From Candidatus Hodarchaeota archaeon (lineage in GTDB: Archaea; Asgardarchaeota; Heimdallarchaeia; Hodarchaeales; Hodarchaeaceae): 64,000 nt of DNA. Below, piece by piece: positions 1 through 9,396 of this stretch. The stretch covers positions 34,699 to 98,698 of the forward strand of contig JAEOTC010000077.1 of the NCBI GenBank assembly GCA_016840035.1, in the 5' to 3' direction. The notes below the pieces were generated by a model, which saw only the letters and a program-made list of their open reading frames with translations, was not told the origin of the DNA and made no database searches. The stretch's first letter is position 1. Every line of letters begins with the position of its first letter. A program made the translations under genes and the position numbers.

Positions 1-638
1 TCCCAGCGTGCAATAGCACCATGAGGTTCGATAGCTGCGTGATTCATAAGTGGATACTCGAATTCATCTTCAACTATAATCTCGGCATCCTTAAAAACTT
101 CTTCATGGTCACCTTTTTTCAATTGGTACATGTAAAAGACGTTTGATTTTGGAATAGGAACAAAAGTAGGTACGTGACGATAGTTTCCATTCTGTTCATG
201 AATAAGGGGAGCGTTTGGATCTGCTGCTTCAATGGCATCCAATACAAAAGGTAATTCTTCTAAGTTCACATCAATTTCCTTAATCGCAACTAGTGCTTGG
301 CTTTCAGTTTCTGCAATAACAACAGCTATAACCTCTCCCGCATGTCTTACTTTATCAATAGCAATTGGGGGTTGATCAAAAATACAAGTGCCGAATAAAT
401 GGTTTTTATCCAAACCTAAAGACTTGCCTGTAAATACTTTATGAACTCCAGGCATTTTTTCCGCGTTGTCTATATTTATTGAGTTAATGATCGCATGAGG
501 CACCTTTGCTCTTAATACCTTCATTATTAATGTTCGTGGAAATCGTAAATCATCAATAAATAAAGCTGTGCCCGTAACTTTTTCCTTTGCATCCGCTCTT
601 GGAATATTGGTCCCTACTACTTTGCCATACAACTTCAA
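1..638 (-). CDS. Xanthine dehydrogenase/aerobic CO dehydrogenase family molybdopterin-binding large subunit (N-terminal part; runs off the window)
   Basis: Not in the ORF track. Manual minus-strand translation gives LYGKVVGTNIPRADAKEKVTGTALFIDDLRFPRTLIMKVLRAKVPHAIINSINIDNAEKMPGVHKVFTG, the typical hammerhead N-terminus of XdhA/CoxL. Candidate TTG starts at 638 or 632, with an in-frame TAA just upstream. Confidence 0.85.
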   Translation of the reverse strand, partial: MKLYGKVVGTNIPRADAKEKVTGTALFIDDLRFPRTLIMKVLRAKVPHAIINSINIDNAEKMPGVHKVFTGKSLGLDKNHLFGTCIFDQPPIAIDKVRHAGEVIAVVIAETESQALVAIKEIDVNLEELPFVLDAIEAADPNAPLIHEQNGNYRHVPTFVPIPKSNVFYMYQLKKGDHEEVFKDAEIIVEDEFEYPLMNHAAIEPHGAIARW

Positions 639-756
639 TTACCAAAAGAGAAAAAGATCATCATCTGTAAAAAAACTTGTTTCTGAATGTTAATGAGACT
701 ATAATGGTTTGTCAATCCCTCCAGTTAGGGAAAAGTAAAAATTTTCAGGCAAATCT

Positions 757-2724
757 ATGAGGAAAAGAATCCCTCAGCACATACTTGAGTTGATTTTAAT
801 CATGACTGGCTTGAATACCATGAAAATAGGAATAATTGATTTAAGTACGGGTAAAATAGGTTTTGAAGAATTTTCATTCGAGAATATAAAATTTAAGAAC
901 TATTTAGGTGGTGAGGGGGTGGTTATTGATTATCTTCTAAGAAATATGCCGATTGAATGTGATCCTTTATCTCCTGATAATCATCTGTGTTTTATTACTG
1001 GTCTTCTAAGTGCAACAAAAGTTCCGTTTTCTGGTAGATTTACTGTCGTATGTAAATCCCCTCTCACAGGAGGTTGGGGCGAAGCTAATTCTGGTGGTCG
1101 GTTTGGACCAGAATTACGAAAGACAGGATTTGATTCTCTGATAATCAAAGGTAAATCTAAACAATTGTCTATTATTGTTGTTATGGATAACAAAATAGAA
1201 ATTAAATCGGCAGAAGACCTCAAAGGGAAGGATTGTGTCGAAACTGAAGAAGCTCTAAAGGACACATATGGTAAGAAATGTCAAATTGCCAGTATTGGAT
1301 TAGCTGGAGAAAATATGGTTCTAATTTCAGGAATAGTCACAGATAAAGGCCGAATTGCAGCTCGGAGTGGTGTTGGGGCAGTAATGGGCTCAAAAAACCT
1401 TAAAGCTATCGTAGCAAAAGGAAATAAACCAATTTACGTTGCAGATCCCTCTGGTCTCAATGAACTCAGGAAATTAGTTAATAAACGCATCAATAAAGGC
1501 ATTAGTCCTCTTCTAAAACCAGGATTAAAAGCCTCTACTGCTTTTGCTCCCTGGATTAGACGATTCGGAATTAAGAACTATGGTTCAATGAGTCCGAGTA
1601 ATATGATAATAGAAGGTTATCGTAGATGGGGAACTTGTGCGGGACCTGCTATCGCCGTTGAAACCGGGGATGCCCCAATAAAAAACTGGAAGGGCTCATA
1701 CCTTGATTTTCCTCTTAAGAAAAGCACTAAAATTACTGGTGATAATGTTACAAAGTATCAAATTAAAAACTATGGCTGTCACAGTTGCCCTATGGCCTGT
1801 GGGGGAATAATGAGATATTCAAATGAGAATTTTACCCTCGAAGAAACACACAAACCCGAATATGAGACTCTAATCATGCTTGGAGCAAATTTGTTAAACG
1901 ATGATCTTGGTTCGATATATCAATTGAATGATTACTGTAATCGTCAGGGTTTGGATACTATTGCTTCTGGAGGGGTCCTAGCATTTATTATTGAAATGTT
2001 AGAAAAAAAAGAAATTGCACAAGAACAACTTGGTGGCCTAAATCCAGTTTGGGGAGATCCTACAGACTATTTAGCTATCCTGAAATTAATTACTAAGAGA
2101 AAAGGCCTTGGAGAAGTTTTCGCAGATGGTTTCATCCGTGCTACTGAGAAATTCCCTACTACCTCAGGAGTACATATTCAGAACCAAGCTCTTCCTGCTC
2201 ATGATCCACGATTTTCTAATAGTCTTTTGCTTTCCTATAGATTAGATCCCGCACCGGGAAGACATACCCCATTCATGGAATTAATGATCGATCTAGCAAA
2301 ATTCAGTCAAATGTTTCCTGAGCTTCCTAAAAACAAGCGTATATCCAATTTTTATTGCTATCACAAAACAGTTTCCACTTTAGGTTTGTGTCAGTTTAGT
2401 TTACTCACTGGAAATTTTCCTGTCCTTGAATTTGTGAACTTAATTACAGGGTTTAACCTGTCAATTGAAGATCTCATAATGATCGGCGAGAGGATTCTTA
2501 ATTTAAAGCATATTTTTAATTTACGGGCAGGAATAAATCCTCTCGATTATAAACTTCCCTCTAGAGCGTTAGAAAAAGCTAATCATGGGCCTAATAAAGC
2601 TATATCCAGTAAAGTCGAAAGAGAACTAATTATGGGATTTCTTGAATCTTTAAACTGGGACACTAAAACAACCAAACCGAATATTGACCGATTGAAGGCT
2701 CTTGGGATTGAGGAATTCAGCTAA
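757..2724 (+). CDS. aor: Aldehyde:ferredoxin oxidoreductase (tungsten AOR family)
   Basis: YLGGEG, KSPLTGGWGEANSGG, AARSGVGAVMGSKNLKA, CHSCPMAC Fe-S motif, KPEYET, GLDTI. The real start is probably ATG 802 or 820. Confidence 0.92.
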   Translation: MRKRIPQHILELILIMTGLNTMKIGIIDLSTGKIGFEEFSFENIKFKNYLGGEGVVIDYLLRNMPIECDPLSPDNHLCFITGLLSATKVPFSGRFTVVCKSPLTGGWGEANSGGRFGPELRKTGFDSLIIKGKSKQLSIIVVMDNKIEIKSAEDLKGKDCVETEEALKDTYGKKCQIASIGLAGENMVLISGIVTDKGRIAARSGVGAVMGSKNLKAIVAKGNKPIYVADPSGLNELRKLVNKRINKGISPLLKPGLKASTAFAPWIRRFGIKNYGSMSPSNMIIEGYRRWGTCAGPAIAVETGDAPIKNWKGSYLDFPLKKSTKITGDNVTKYQIKNYGCHSCPMACGGIMRYSNENFTLEETHKPEYETLIMLGANLLNDDLGSIYQLNDYCNRQGLDTIASGGVLAFIIEMLEKKEIAQEQLGGLNPVWGDPTDYLAILKLITKRKGLGEVFADGFIRATEKFPTTSGVHIQNQALPAHDPRFSNSLLLSYRLDPAPGRHTPFMELMIDLAKFSQMFPELPKNKRISNFYCYHKTVSTLGLCQFSLLTGNFPVLEFVNLITGFNLSIEDLIMIGERILNLKHIFNLRAGINPLDYKLPSRALEKANHGPNKAISSKVERELIMGFLESLNWDTKTTKPNIDRLKALGIEEFS

Positions 2725-2832
2725 GACTCTTCATTATCCAATCCTTGACTAATTTCTGTAGTGTAACTCTACTCATTGTTGTCTTTCAATACATCGTAAA
2801 GACAGAATCCTTTTGTAATCATCAATTCCACA

Positions 2833-3228
2833 TTGATATTACCTCCAAAATTCGAATCAGAGACAACTAATTTACACGATTGGTGGAATCTTATGTCTGA
2901 AGAAGAATATGTTACGATGATCCACAAATTTAGGGAGAATTTTCTAACTGATAAAGCAAAAAAAACCTTTAGAAAATGGAATAAAACAATGGCTTTTGAA
3001 TTTACAGATCTAGAGAAGACATTTTACTTTCTTGTTGAAGCGGGATCTCCCAATGAAGTTATAGAAGGAGAACCAGTGAAAGCAGACGTTAAAATTATTA
3101 CGGATTCCAATACCTGGGTTGGTGTAATGAAGGGAGAAATTGGTGGCATGAAAGCTTATACCTCTAAGAAACTCAAGGTAAAAGGTAGAATGCCTGATCT
3201 TTTAAAACTGCAAAAACTGATGAAATAG
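2833..3228 (+). CDS. SCP2 sterol/lipid-binding domain protein
   Basis: C-terminal ADVKIITDSNTWVGVMKGEIGGMKAYTSKKLKVKGRMPDLLKL matches the SCP2 signature (AFMxGKLKVKG). Likely start ATG 2893. Confidence 0.8.
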   Translation: MILPPKFESETTNLHDWWNLMSEEEYVTMIHKFRENFLTDKAKKTFRKWNKTMAFEFTDLEKTFYFLVEAGSPNEVIEGEPVKADVKIITDSNTWVGVMKGEIGGMKAYTSKKLKVKGRMPDLLKLQKLMK

Positions 3229-3256
3229 TTACCTATCTATCTCCAATTGATATCAT

Positions 3257-3898
3257 ATGAAATGGTGGATTCAAGTGTCAGATCATGAAAGAAAAGTTGA
3301 ATTATGTAAGACTATGAAAGAGCTGTATAAAGAAAAAATCCTAACAGATATTGGGGGAAATCTAAGTTTTCGTTCTCTTGAAGAACCAGAGAAGTTCTTT
3401 TGGATTACTCCCTCTGGTAAGAAAAAAGATCTCGTCGAACCAGAAGATTTAATTAAGATGACACTTGAGGGAGAAGAGTTAAACAATGATAACGATCTTT
3501 CTCCAAGCGTAGAATGGCCCATTCATCTCCGCATTTATCAAGAAGATGAGGATTTTCAATTTATTGTTCACTCTCATGCTCCTCTCGCAACAGCTTATTC
3601 AATCCTAGCTAACCCTCCCAAAATCCCACCTCTTACCGCTGAATTAGGATTCTTAGTTCCAGAGATTGTCATGGTACCTTATAAGCAAAGTGGATCTGAA
3701 GAACTGGGAGAAGCCGTTGCTGAATTATTATGGGATAGTCAAACCCTTATTTTAGAAAATCACGGTGTTGTAGCTGTTAGCGAAGAATCTTTTCAGAATG
3801 CTGCAATAAAAACACGAGCATTAGAAGAATATTTTCAAATTTATCTTAACACTAAAAAGTTTGGAGGGCAAATTCGTCCTTTTCCAGGATTTGATTAG
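3257..3898 (+). CDS. Class II aldolase/adducin family protein (fuculose-1-phosphate aldolase-like)
   Basis: GGNLSFR, WITPSG, PSVEWPIH, IVHSHAP, LILENHGVV Zn-binding His motifs. Confidence 0.9.
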   Translation: MKWWIQVSDHERKVELCKTMKELYKEKILTDIGGNLSFRSLEEPEKFFWITPSGKKKDLVEPEDLIKMTLEGEELNNDNDLSPSVEWPIHLRIYQEDEDFQFIVHSHAPLATAYSILANPPKIPPLTAELGFLVPEIVMVPYKQSGSEELGEAVAELLWDSQTLILENHGVVAVSEESFQNAAIKTRALEEYFQIYLNTKKFGGQIRPFPGFD

Positions 3899-3912
3899 GT
3901 TGTGGGGAAATC

Positions 3913-5424
3913 ATGCCAGATTATTACCTTTCACTTGATGCAGGAACAAGTGGAGGAAAAGCTGTTGTTCTTGATGATCGAGGTTATGTAATTGGCTATT
4001 CTAAGACTGCGTGGAATCATCTTTACTTCATACCCGAGGATCTAGACCCATATGGGAGTGAATTCAAACCCGAACAGTTTTGGGATATTCTTCTACAAAC
4101 TGCAAATGAAGCAATACTTAATTCGAAAATTTCCTCTAGAGACATAACAGCTATCACGGCTACTTCTCAGAGACACGGTTGTGTTTTTTTTGATGATAAA
4201 GGTATACCTCTGTATGCTGGACCTAACCGAGATGCTCGTGGACTTGAAGTCGATACTGAGGAGATAATGCCTAATGAGGAATTATATGAAATAACTGGCC
4301 ATGGTCTTCCTTTCCTATTCGCCTTAACAAGGCTATTATGGTTTAAAGAAAATGAAGAAGATGTATATGACAAAATCAAACATCTTCTGTCCATTGATGG
4401 TTGGGTAAATTTTAGATTAACAGGCAATTATACTATTGACGATACTGCTGCAGCTGAAACACTACTTTTTGATATCAAACACCGAAAATGGTCTGATAAG
4501 ATACTCTCTGAATTTGAGATTCCTCATGAAATACTCCCAGAAAAGTATGAGTATGGAAAAGTCATTGGTACCATTACTCCAGCAATTGCTTCACTTCTCG
4601 ATCTAAATTCCAATACTCCAGTTGTTATGAATGCCGCTGATACTCAAGCATCAATTCTCGGATGTGGAGGAATAAAGGAAAACACACTTGGGATTGTTGC
4701 GGGTTCCACAATGCCTTTACAAATGATAATTGATAAACCGATTATTGACTCCGAACAGAAGATTTGGACAGGAGCATTTCCAAATAATCTTTGGGTTCTT
4801 GAATCGAATGCTGGATCAGTTGGAGACATCCACAAATGGTTTATTGACTCAATTCTTACTCCACTCGGGGTGGAGAATCCTTACGACAAATTTGAATCTT
4901 TAGTACTTACAAAACCACCTGGTAGTGGTGGAGTAATTGCAAACCTAGGTCCACAGGTGTTTTCATCTCAAGCAATGCTTTCAGTTCCTATTTACGGTGG
5001 ATTCTCCTTTACGCCTATTGCTTATTCATTTGATACTCCAGTAAATATTGCTGGATTCTCTCGATCTGTTGTAGAGAATATTGCTTTCGCAGCACGTGCG
5101 AATTACGACCAAATTCTAGCAATAAGTGGAAAACAGGCAACAGAAACTCTTTTGATGGGAGGAGTTGCCCGATCAAAAGTTCTTTGTCAAATCCTTGCTA
5201 ATGTTCTAAACTGTGAGATTAAAACATTTTTACCAGAAGGAGCTTCTGTATCAGGTGCATTCGCAGCAATGATTGGTACAGAAAAATACAGCAATTTAGA
5301 AGAAGTAGTTCAGATCATTTCTGATTTTTCCATTTATTATCCTCAACAAGACCAATTCGATGAATATGAAGCATTATATCCTGAATGGAAGGCCCAATAT
5401 CAGAAATCTTTTGAGGAAGATTAA
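3913..5424 (+). CDS. FGGY-family carbohydrate kinase (YoaC/LsrK-like)
   Basis: LSLDAGTSGGKAVV, TSQRHG, PNRDARG, ADTQ, MGGVARS. Confidence 0.88.
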   Translation: MPDYYLSLDAGTSGGKAVVLDDRGYVIGYSKTAWNHLYFIPEDLDPYGSEFKPEQFWDILLQTANEAILNSKISSRDITAITATSQRHGCVFFDDKGIPLYAGPNRDARGLEVDTEEIMPNEELYEITGHGLPFLFALTRLLWFKENEEDVYDKIKHLLSIDGWVNFRLTGNYTIDDTAAAETLLFDIKHRKWSDKILSEFEIPHEILPEKYEYGKVIGTITPAIASLLDLNSNTPVVMNAADTQASILGCGGIKENTLGIVAGSTMPLQMIIDKPIIDSEQKIWTGAFPNNLWVLESNAGSVGDIHKWFIDSILTPLGVENPYDKFESLVLTKPPGSGGVIANLGPQVFSSQAMLSVPIYGGFSFTPIAYSFDTPVNIAGFSRSVVENIAFAARANYDQILAISGKQATETLLMGGVARSKVLCQILANVLNCEIKTFLPEGASVSGAFAAMIGTEKYSNLEEVVQIISDFSIYYPQQDQFDEYEALYPEWKAQYQKSFEED

Positions 5425-5458
5425 ATTTATACCTGATTGTTCATCTTGGTGGCAATGA

Positions 5459-6472
5459 ATGAAAATTCTGATTACTACTCCCTTTACTGAATCGGGATTA
5501 CACGCTCTAAACGAATCTAGAGATTTAGAAGTAATTTATGAAAATTGGCGGGAAACTGGGGTTCTGTATTTTGATGAGGATGAACTGATTGAGAAGCTTA
5601 ATTCAGGTAAGATTGACATTTTTATTACTGAAGCTGATGAAGTAGATGCAAAAGTAGTCGAGAAAACAGATCTGAAGCTGATAGGTTGCACCCGTGGGAC
5701 TCCAGTTAATGTTGATCATGAATCAGCCTTAAAAAAAGGTATTCCCGTTATTTACACCCCGTTTCGGAATGCTGATGCGGTTGCTGATTTAACTGTTGCC
5801 ATGATGCTTTCACAGGCGCGAAAAATAGTTGAATTAGACCGATTTCTTCGTACTGGAGATTTTGATGTTTCGGATTTAGATGAAGACGGTTTTACTAAAT
5901 TTTTGGCAAAATATATGGGGGTGGAGCTTGGTGGACTTACAATTGGTATAATTGGATTTGGTCAAATTGGTCAACGAGTTGGAAAACGTTTATTCCATGG
6001 TTTTGGATCAAAAATCATCTATTATGACCCGTTTATACCTGAAGATCATGCTGTTGTGGCAGAAATTAAAGCTACTAAGGTAGAATTAGAAATTCTTATG
6101 AAAACATCTGATATGATAACAATTCACACTCCTCCTATCGAAGAAGCTGAAGAATTAATCAGTGATACAATGTTTCGCTTAATGAAACCCACTGCACAAT
6201 TTTTCAATCTTTCTCGCTCCTTCTGCATCGATGAAGACGCATTATTTGATGCTTTGGAGAACAATCGCATCGCTGGGGCAGGATTAGATGTATTCGATGA
6301 TGAACCAGTGGATTCGGATAACCGTTTTTTAAAATTTGATAATGTTACGGTAATGCCCCACTTTGGAGGCAATACTCGAGACGTTATCACCCATCAAACA
6401 AATATGATTGTTGAAGATATTCTCAATTTTCTGAACGGTCGTCCATTGAAATACATGTGGAGTGGAGATTAA
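5459..6472 (+). CDS. D-isomer-specific 2-hydroxyacid dehydrogenase (YoaD-like)
   Basis: GCTRGTPVNVD, TPFRNADAVA, GIIGFGQIG Rossmann motif, NLSR, GLDVFDDEP, PHFGG. Confidence 0.9.
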   Translation: MKILITTPFTESGLHALNESRDLEVIYENWRETGVLYFDEDELIEKLNSGKIDIFITEADEVDAKVVEKTDLKLIGCTRGTPVNVDHESALKKGIPVIYTPFRNADAVADLTVAMMLSQARKIVELDRFLRTGDFDVSDLDEDGFTKFLAKYMGVELGGLTIGIIGFGQIGQRVGKRLFHGFGSKIIYYDPFIPEDHAVVAEIKATKVELEILMKTSDMITIHTPPIEEAEELISDTMFRLMKPTAQFFNLSRSFCIDEDALFDALENNRIAGAGLDVFDDEPVDSDNRFLKFDNVTVMPHFGGNTRDVITHQTNMIVEDILNFLNGRPLKYMWSGD

Positions 6473-6475
6473 CTC

Positions 6476-7510
6476 TCAATATTCCCTATCTAACTGAACC
6501 ACATTCAAGTATTCTCTACTACCAAGGTGATGTCTTTTGATATTTTCAATCACTTCATTCCACCGTTTCAAGTCGGAAAAAGGAGAAGCTGCTCTGTGGG
6601 GGGATAATATAACATTGTCCAAAGCATTAAATGGAAAATGAAAAGGATATTTTCCTCCATTCTCATCTTCAAGAGGTGAATATTCGTACCAGACATCGAT
6701 TGCTGCGCCCATAATTTTTTTCTGTTGTAAAGCTTCGAACAAACTCTTCTCATCGACAACAGATCCTCTACTAACATTGACTATGATTCCTTCAGATCCT
6801 AAATGATCTAATTCTTTTTCTCCTATTAAACCAATAGTGTCTGACGTTTCTGGAACTGCAATGATTAGTACATCAATGGATTCTAGAAAACCAAGTAATT
6901 GGTTTCCACTAAACAATTTATTACCCTTTGTACTTGAAGAAGGGGATTTTCCAGTTCTGGTTAAAATCGAGAACTCGACATCAAAACCTGCAAGAAATTT
7001 GTGAACTTTAGTATTAATTGCACCATACCCCAGAAGTCCAATTCTTTTATCCCTCAAGGGGATAGAAATTGCATCCTTATCTCCTGTTCTCCATTTACCA
7101 TTTTTCATCCACGTATGATGAGGGATGACTTTATTCAGGAGTGTAAGTAACATTGCTACAGCATGTTGAGCAGTAAAATAAGAATTTCCATGACCATTAA
7201 TTAAAATCACATTTCGGGTCTGGTTAAGCTTTCTAAAAAAGTCAATATGATGTTTTATCCCAGTTCCAGGATTTATAAATAGTTTCATCCTTTTAGCAGT
7301 TAATTTAACTTCATCCTTTACTCTCCATCCAATAATAATATCAGCTGAGGGAGCTAGATCTAGTAAAACCTCATCAGTTAAAGGATTAGGGAATAAAAGA
7401 TTTATTCCAGAAAATTTAGCCAAGTTATCCTCAATATAGGTTTTTAATCGTGTATTTACATCCCATGTGAATAAAACATTGGTGATATTATTGGAACTCA
7501 AATCTTTCAC
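6476..7510 (-). CDS. D-2-hydroxyacid dehydrogenase family protein
   Basis: GLLGYGAI, VNVSRGSVVDE, AAIDVW, LSPHRA. Confidence 0.88.
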   Translation of the reverse strand: MKDLSSNNITNVLFTWDVNTRLKTYIEDNLAKFSGINLLFPNPLTDEVLLDLAPSADIIIGWRVKDEVKLTAKRMKLFINPGTGIKHHIDFFRKLNQTRNVILINGHGNSYFTAQHAVAMLLTLLNKVIPHHTWMKNGKWRTGDKDAISIPLRDKRIGLLGYGAINTKVHKFLAGFDVEFSILTRTGKSPSSSTKGNKLFSGNQLLGFLESIDVLIIAVPETSDTIGLIGEKELDHLGSEGIIVNVSRGSVVDEKSLFEALQQKKIMGAAIDVWYEYSPLEDENGGKYPFHFPFNALDNVILSPHRAASPFSDLKRWNEVIENIKRHHLGSREYLNVVQLDREY

Positions 7511-7594
7511 TCGCTTTAGATTTTCTAAGTTGTTTAATCCGAATATTTCTGGATAATATTCAGTTTTTTCCTCTTCAAATAAGTTAAGGGAAAG

Positions 7595-7614
7595 GATTTT
7601 TAGGACTAAAAATC
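7595..7614. promoter_or_regulatory. Perfect 9-bp inverted repeat (candidate operator) between divergent genes
   Basis: GATTTTTAG-GA-CTAAAAATC lies about 40 bp upstream of the acyl-CoA dehydrogenase start. Confidence 0.45.
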
Positions 7615-7651
7615 TCTAAGTGAACCAAGTTTTCCCAAAAAAAAACCATAA

Positions 7652-8917
7652 ATGGAGAGTAATCTAATGCTTGATGTTCTACTTACAGAAGAAGAGAGAG
7701 AAATAAAATATAAGGTTAGAAAAGCTATCAAAGCTATTCCCCCCTCAATGTTACGAAAGATGGATAGAGAGGAAATTCAATACCCTACAGAATTCATTGA
7801 AAATATGGCTAAACAAAGTTTATTGGGAATTCGCTTTCCTGCCGACTTAGGGGGATCAAATCTGAATTGGGTAGCGGAATCAGCTGTTATCGAAGAGGTA
7901 GGTGCGCTAGGTCCTGCATTGGGGTGTTTATATTCTCTTCCAAGTATTGTGGGAGAAGCAATACATCATTTTGGGACATCTGAGCAAAAGGAGAAATACT
8001 TGAAACCCATCTTAAGAGGGAAGCTTTATTGTGCAGAAGCTTTAACTGAGCCAAGAGGGGGATCTGATTTTTTTGGTGCAACATGTATGGCTGAAAAACA
8101 AGGGGATATGTTCTTACTAAATGGACAAAAACGTTTTGTGGTAGGTGCAGAAGGAGCAGATATTTTTCTAGTTTATGCAAAAACAAACCCGAAAGCTTCT
8201 GATCCTAGAAAGTCTATAAGCACTTTTATCATGGAAAAGGGTCTAGGTGTTGAAACAAAGCATGTATATGGATTGATGGGATCAAGAGGAGGAGGTACTG
8301 GTCGTCTTTTATTTAAGGACGTTGAAGTTCCTGAAGAGAATCTTATAGGTGATTTAAATCAGGGAGGCGAAATATTCAACCAAATGATGATACCAGAACG
8401 TATGACTTCTGCTGCAGGTGCTATTGGTGCGGCACGTGCGGGTCTTCAAGTTGCTGGTAAGTATAGTACGCGCCGTAAAGCATTTGGAAGGCCTATCAGA
8501 AAATTCCAAGCCGTCTCATTCAAAATCTCTGAAAGTCTAACCTTACTTGATGCAGCTAGTGGTTTACTCTTTTCAGCAAGTTGTACAATTGACAAGAATA
8601 ATGGATTAACAAATGGGTTAGTGAGGCGATTAGTATCGGAAAGCAAAAAATTCGCCACAGACTCGGCTTGGGAGGTAATCAATCATGCAATGCAAATTTT
8701 AGGTGGAATTGGATATACCAACGTGTATCCAATAGAGCGACTTCTTAGAGATATTCGATTATTGAGCATCTGGACAGGTACAAATGAAATTATGAGTCTA
8801 TTAATACAACATGAGTATTTCAACGAACTAAATTCAATTGATCCGTCATTTGAGCCTAGAGATGTGGAAAAGGATGCAATAGGGGCCGAATATTCGGACG
8901 AAAAAGTATACGAATAG
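7652..8917 (+). CDS. Acyl-CoA dehydrogenase
   Basis: EQKEKYL, ALTEPRGGSD, LNGQKRF, RKAFGRPI, QILGGIGY, IWTGTNEI. Confidence 0.93.
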   Translation: MESNLMLDVLLTEEEREIKYKVRKAIKAIPPSMLRKMDREEIQYPTEFIENMAKQSLLGIRFPADLGGSNLNWVAESAVIEEVGALGPALGCLYSLPSIVGEAIHHFGTSEQKEKYLKPILRGKLYCAEALTEPRGGSDFFGATCMAEKQGDMFLLNGQKRFVVGAEGADIFLVYAKTNPKASDPRKSISTFIMEKGLGVETKHVYGLMGSRGGGTGRLLFKDVEVPEENLIGDLNQGGEIFNQMMIPERMTSAAGAIGAARAGLQVAGKYSTRRKAFGRPIRKFQAVSFKISESLTLLDAASGLLFSASCTIDKNNGLTNGLVRRLVSESKKFATDSAWEVINHAMQILGGIGYTNVYPIERLLRDIRLLSIWTGTNEIMSLLIQHEYFNELNSIDPSFEPRDVEKDAIGAEYSDEKVYE

Positions 8918-8977
8918 AAAGATATAATTCTGTAGTAATTCTTAACAAGTCTAAAACAATAGAAATTTGAATGAAGA

Positions 8978-9301
8978 ATGAACACCAATTCAGATAGAAA
9001 TTCATCCATGGAACAAAAGACCCTCTACGAAAGTATTTTCGGAGGTGAAGGGTACTCACTTGGTGGTCCTATTTTTTATCTTGCTACAGGTCTTTTATGC
9101 CTAATAATTACTTTTCTAATAGTTTTAACAGGAATTTACGTACCTGATGTTGTTACTGATGTTCAATCTATTCGACCGGATATTAAATTTCCATTTTATG
9201 GACTTAGTCTACTATTAGCGGGAGTAGGAGCCTTAGTTGGAATTTTTTTAGGGATAACAGGTATTTTATGGAGAAATTGGAAACAACAATTGGTAGAATA
9301 G
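8978..9301 (+). CDS. Small membrane protein (2 TM), function unknown
   Basis: Two hydrophobic segments; co-oriented with its neighbours. Confidence 0.6.
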   Translation: MNTNSDRNSSMEQKTLYESIFGGEGYSLGGPIFYLATGLLCLIITFLIVLTGIYVPDVVTDVQSIRPDIKFPFYGLSLLLAGVGALVGIFLGITGILWRNWKQQLVE

Positions 9302-9396
9302 TGGGTACAATTTACTTCCATTACACAAAAAATTCTTTATGACAAAGAAGAGTCTCCTCATATTATGTTTTTTATGCTTGAAAATGAGAGTTATTT

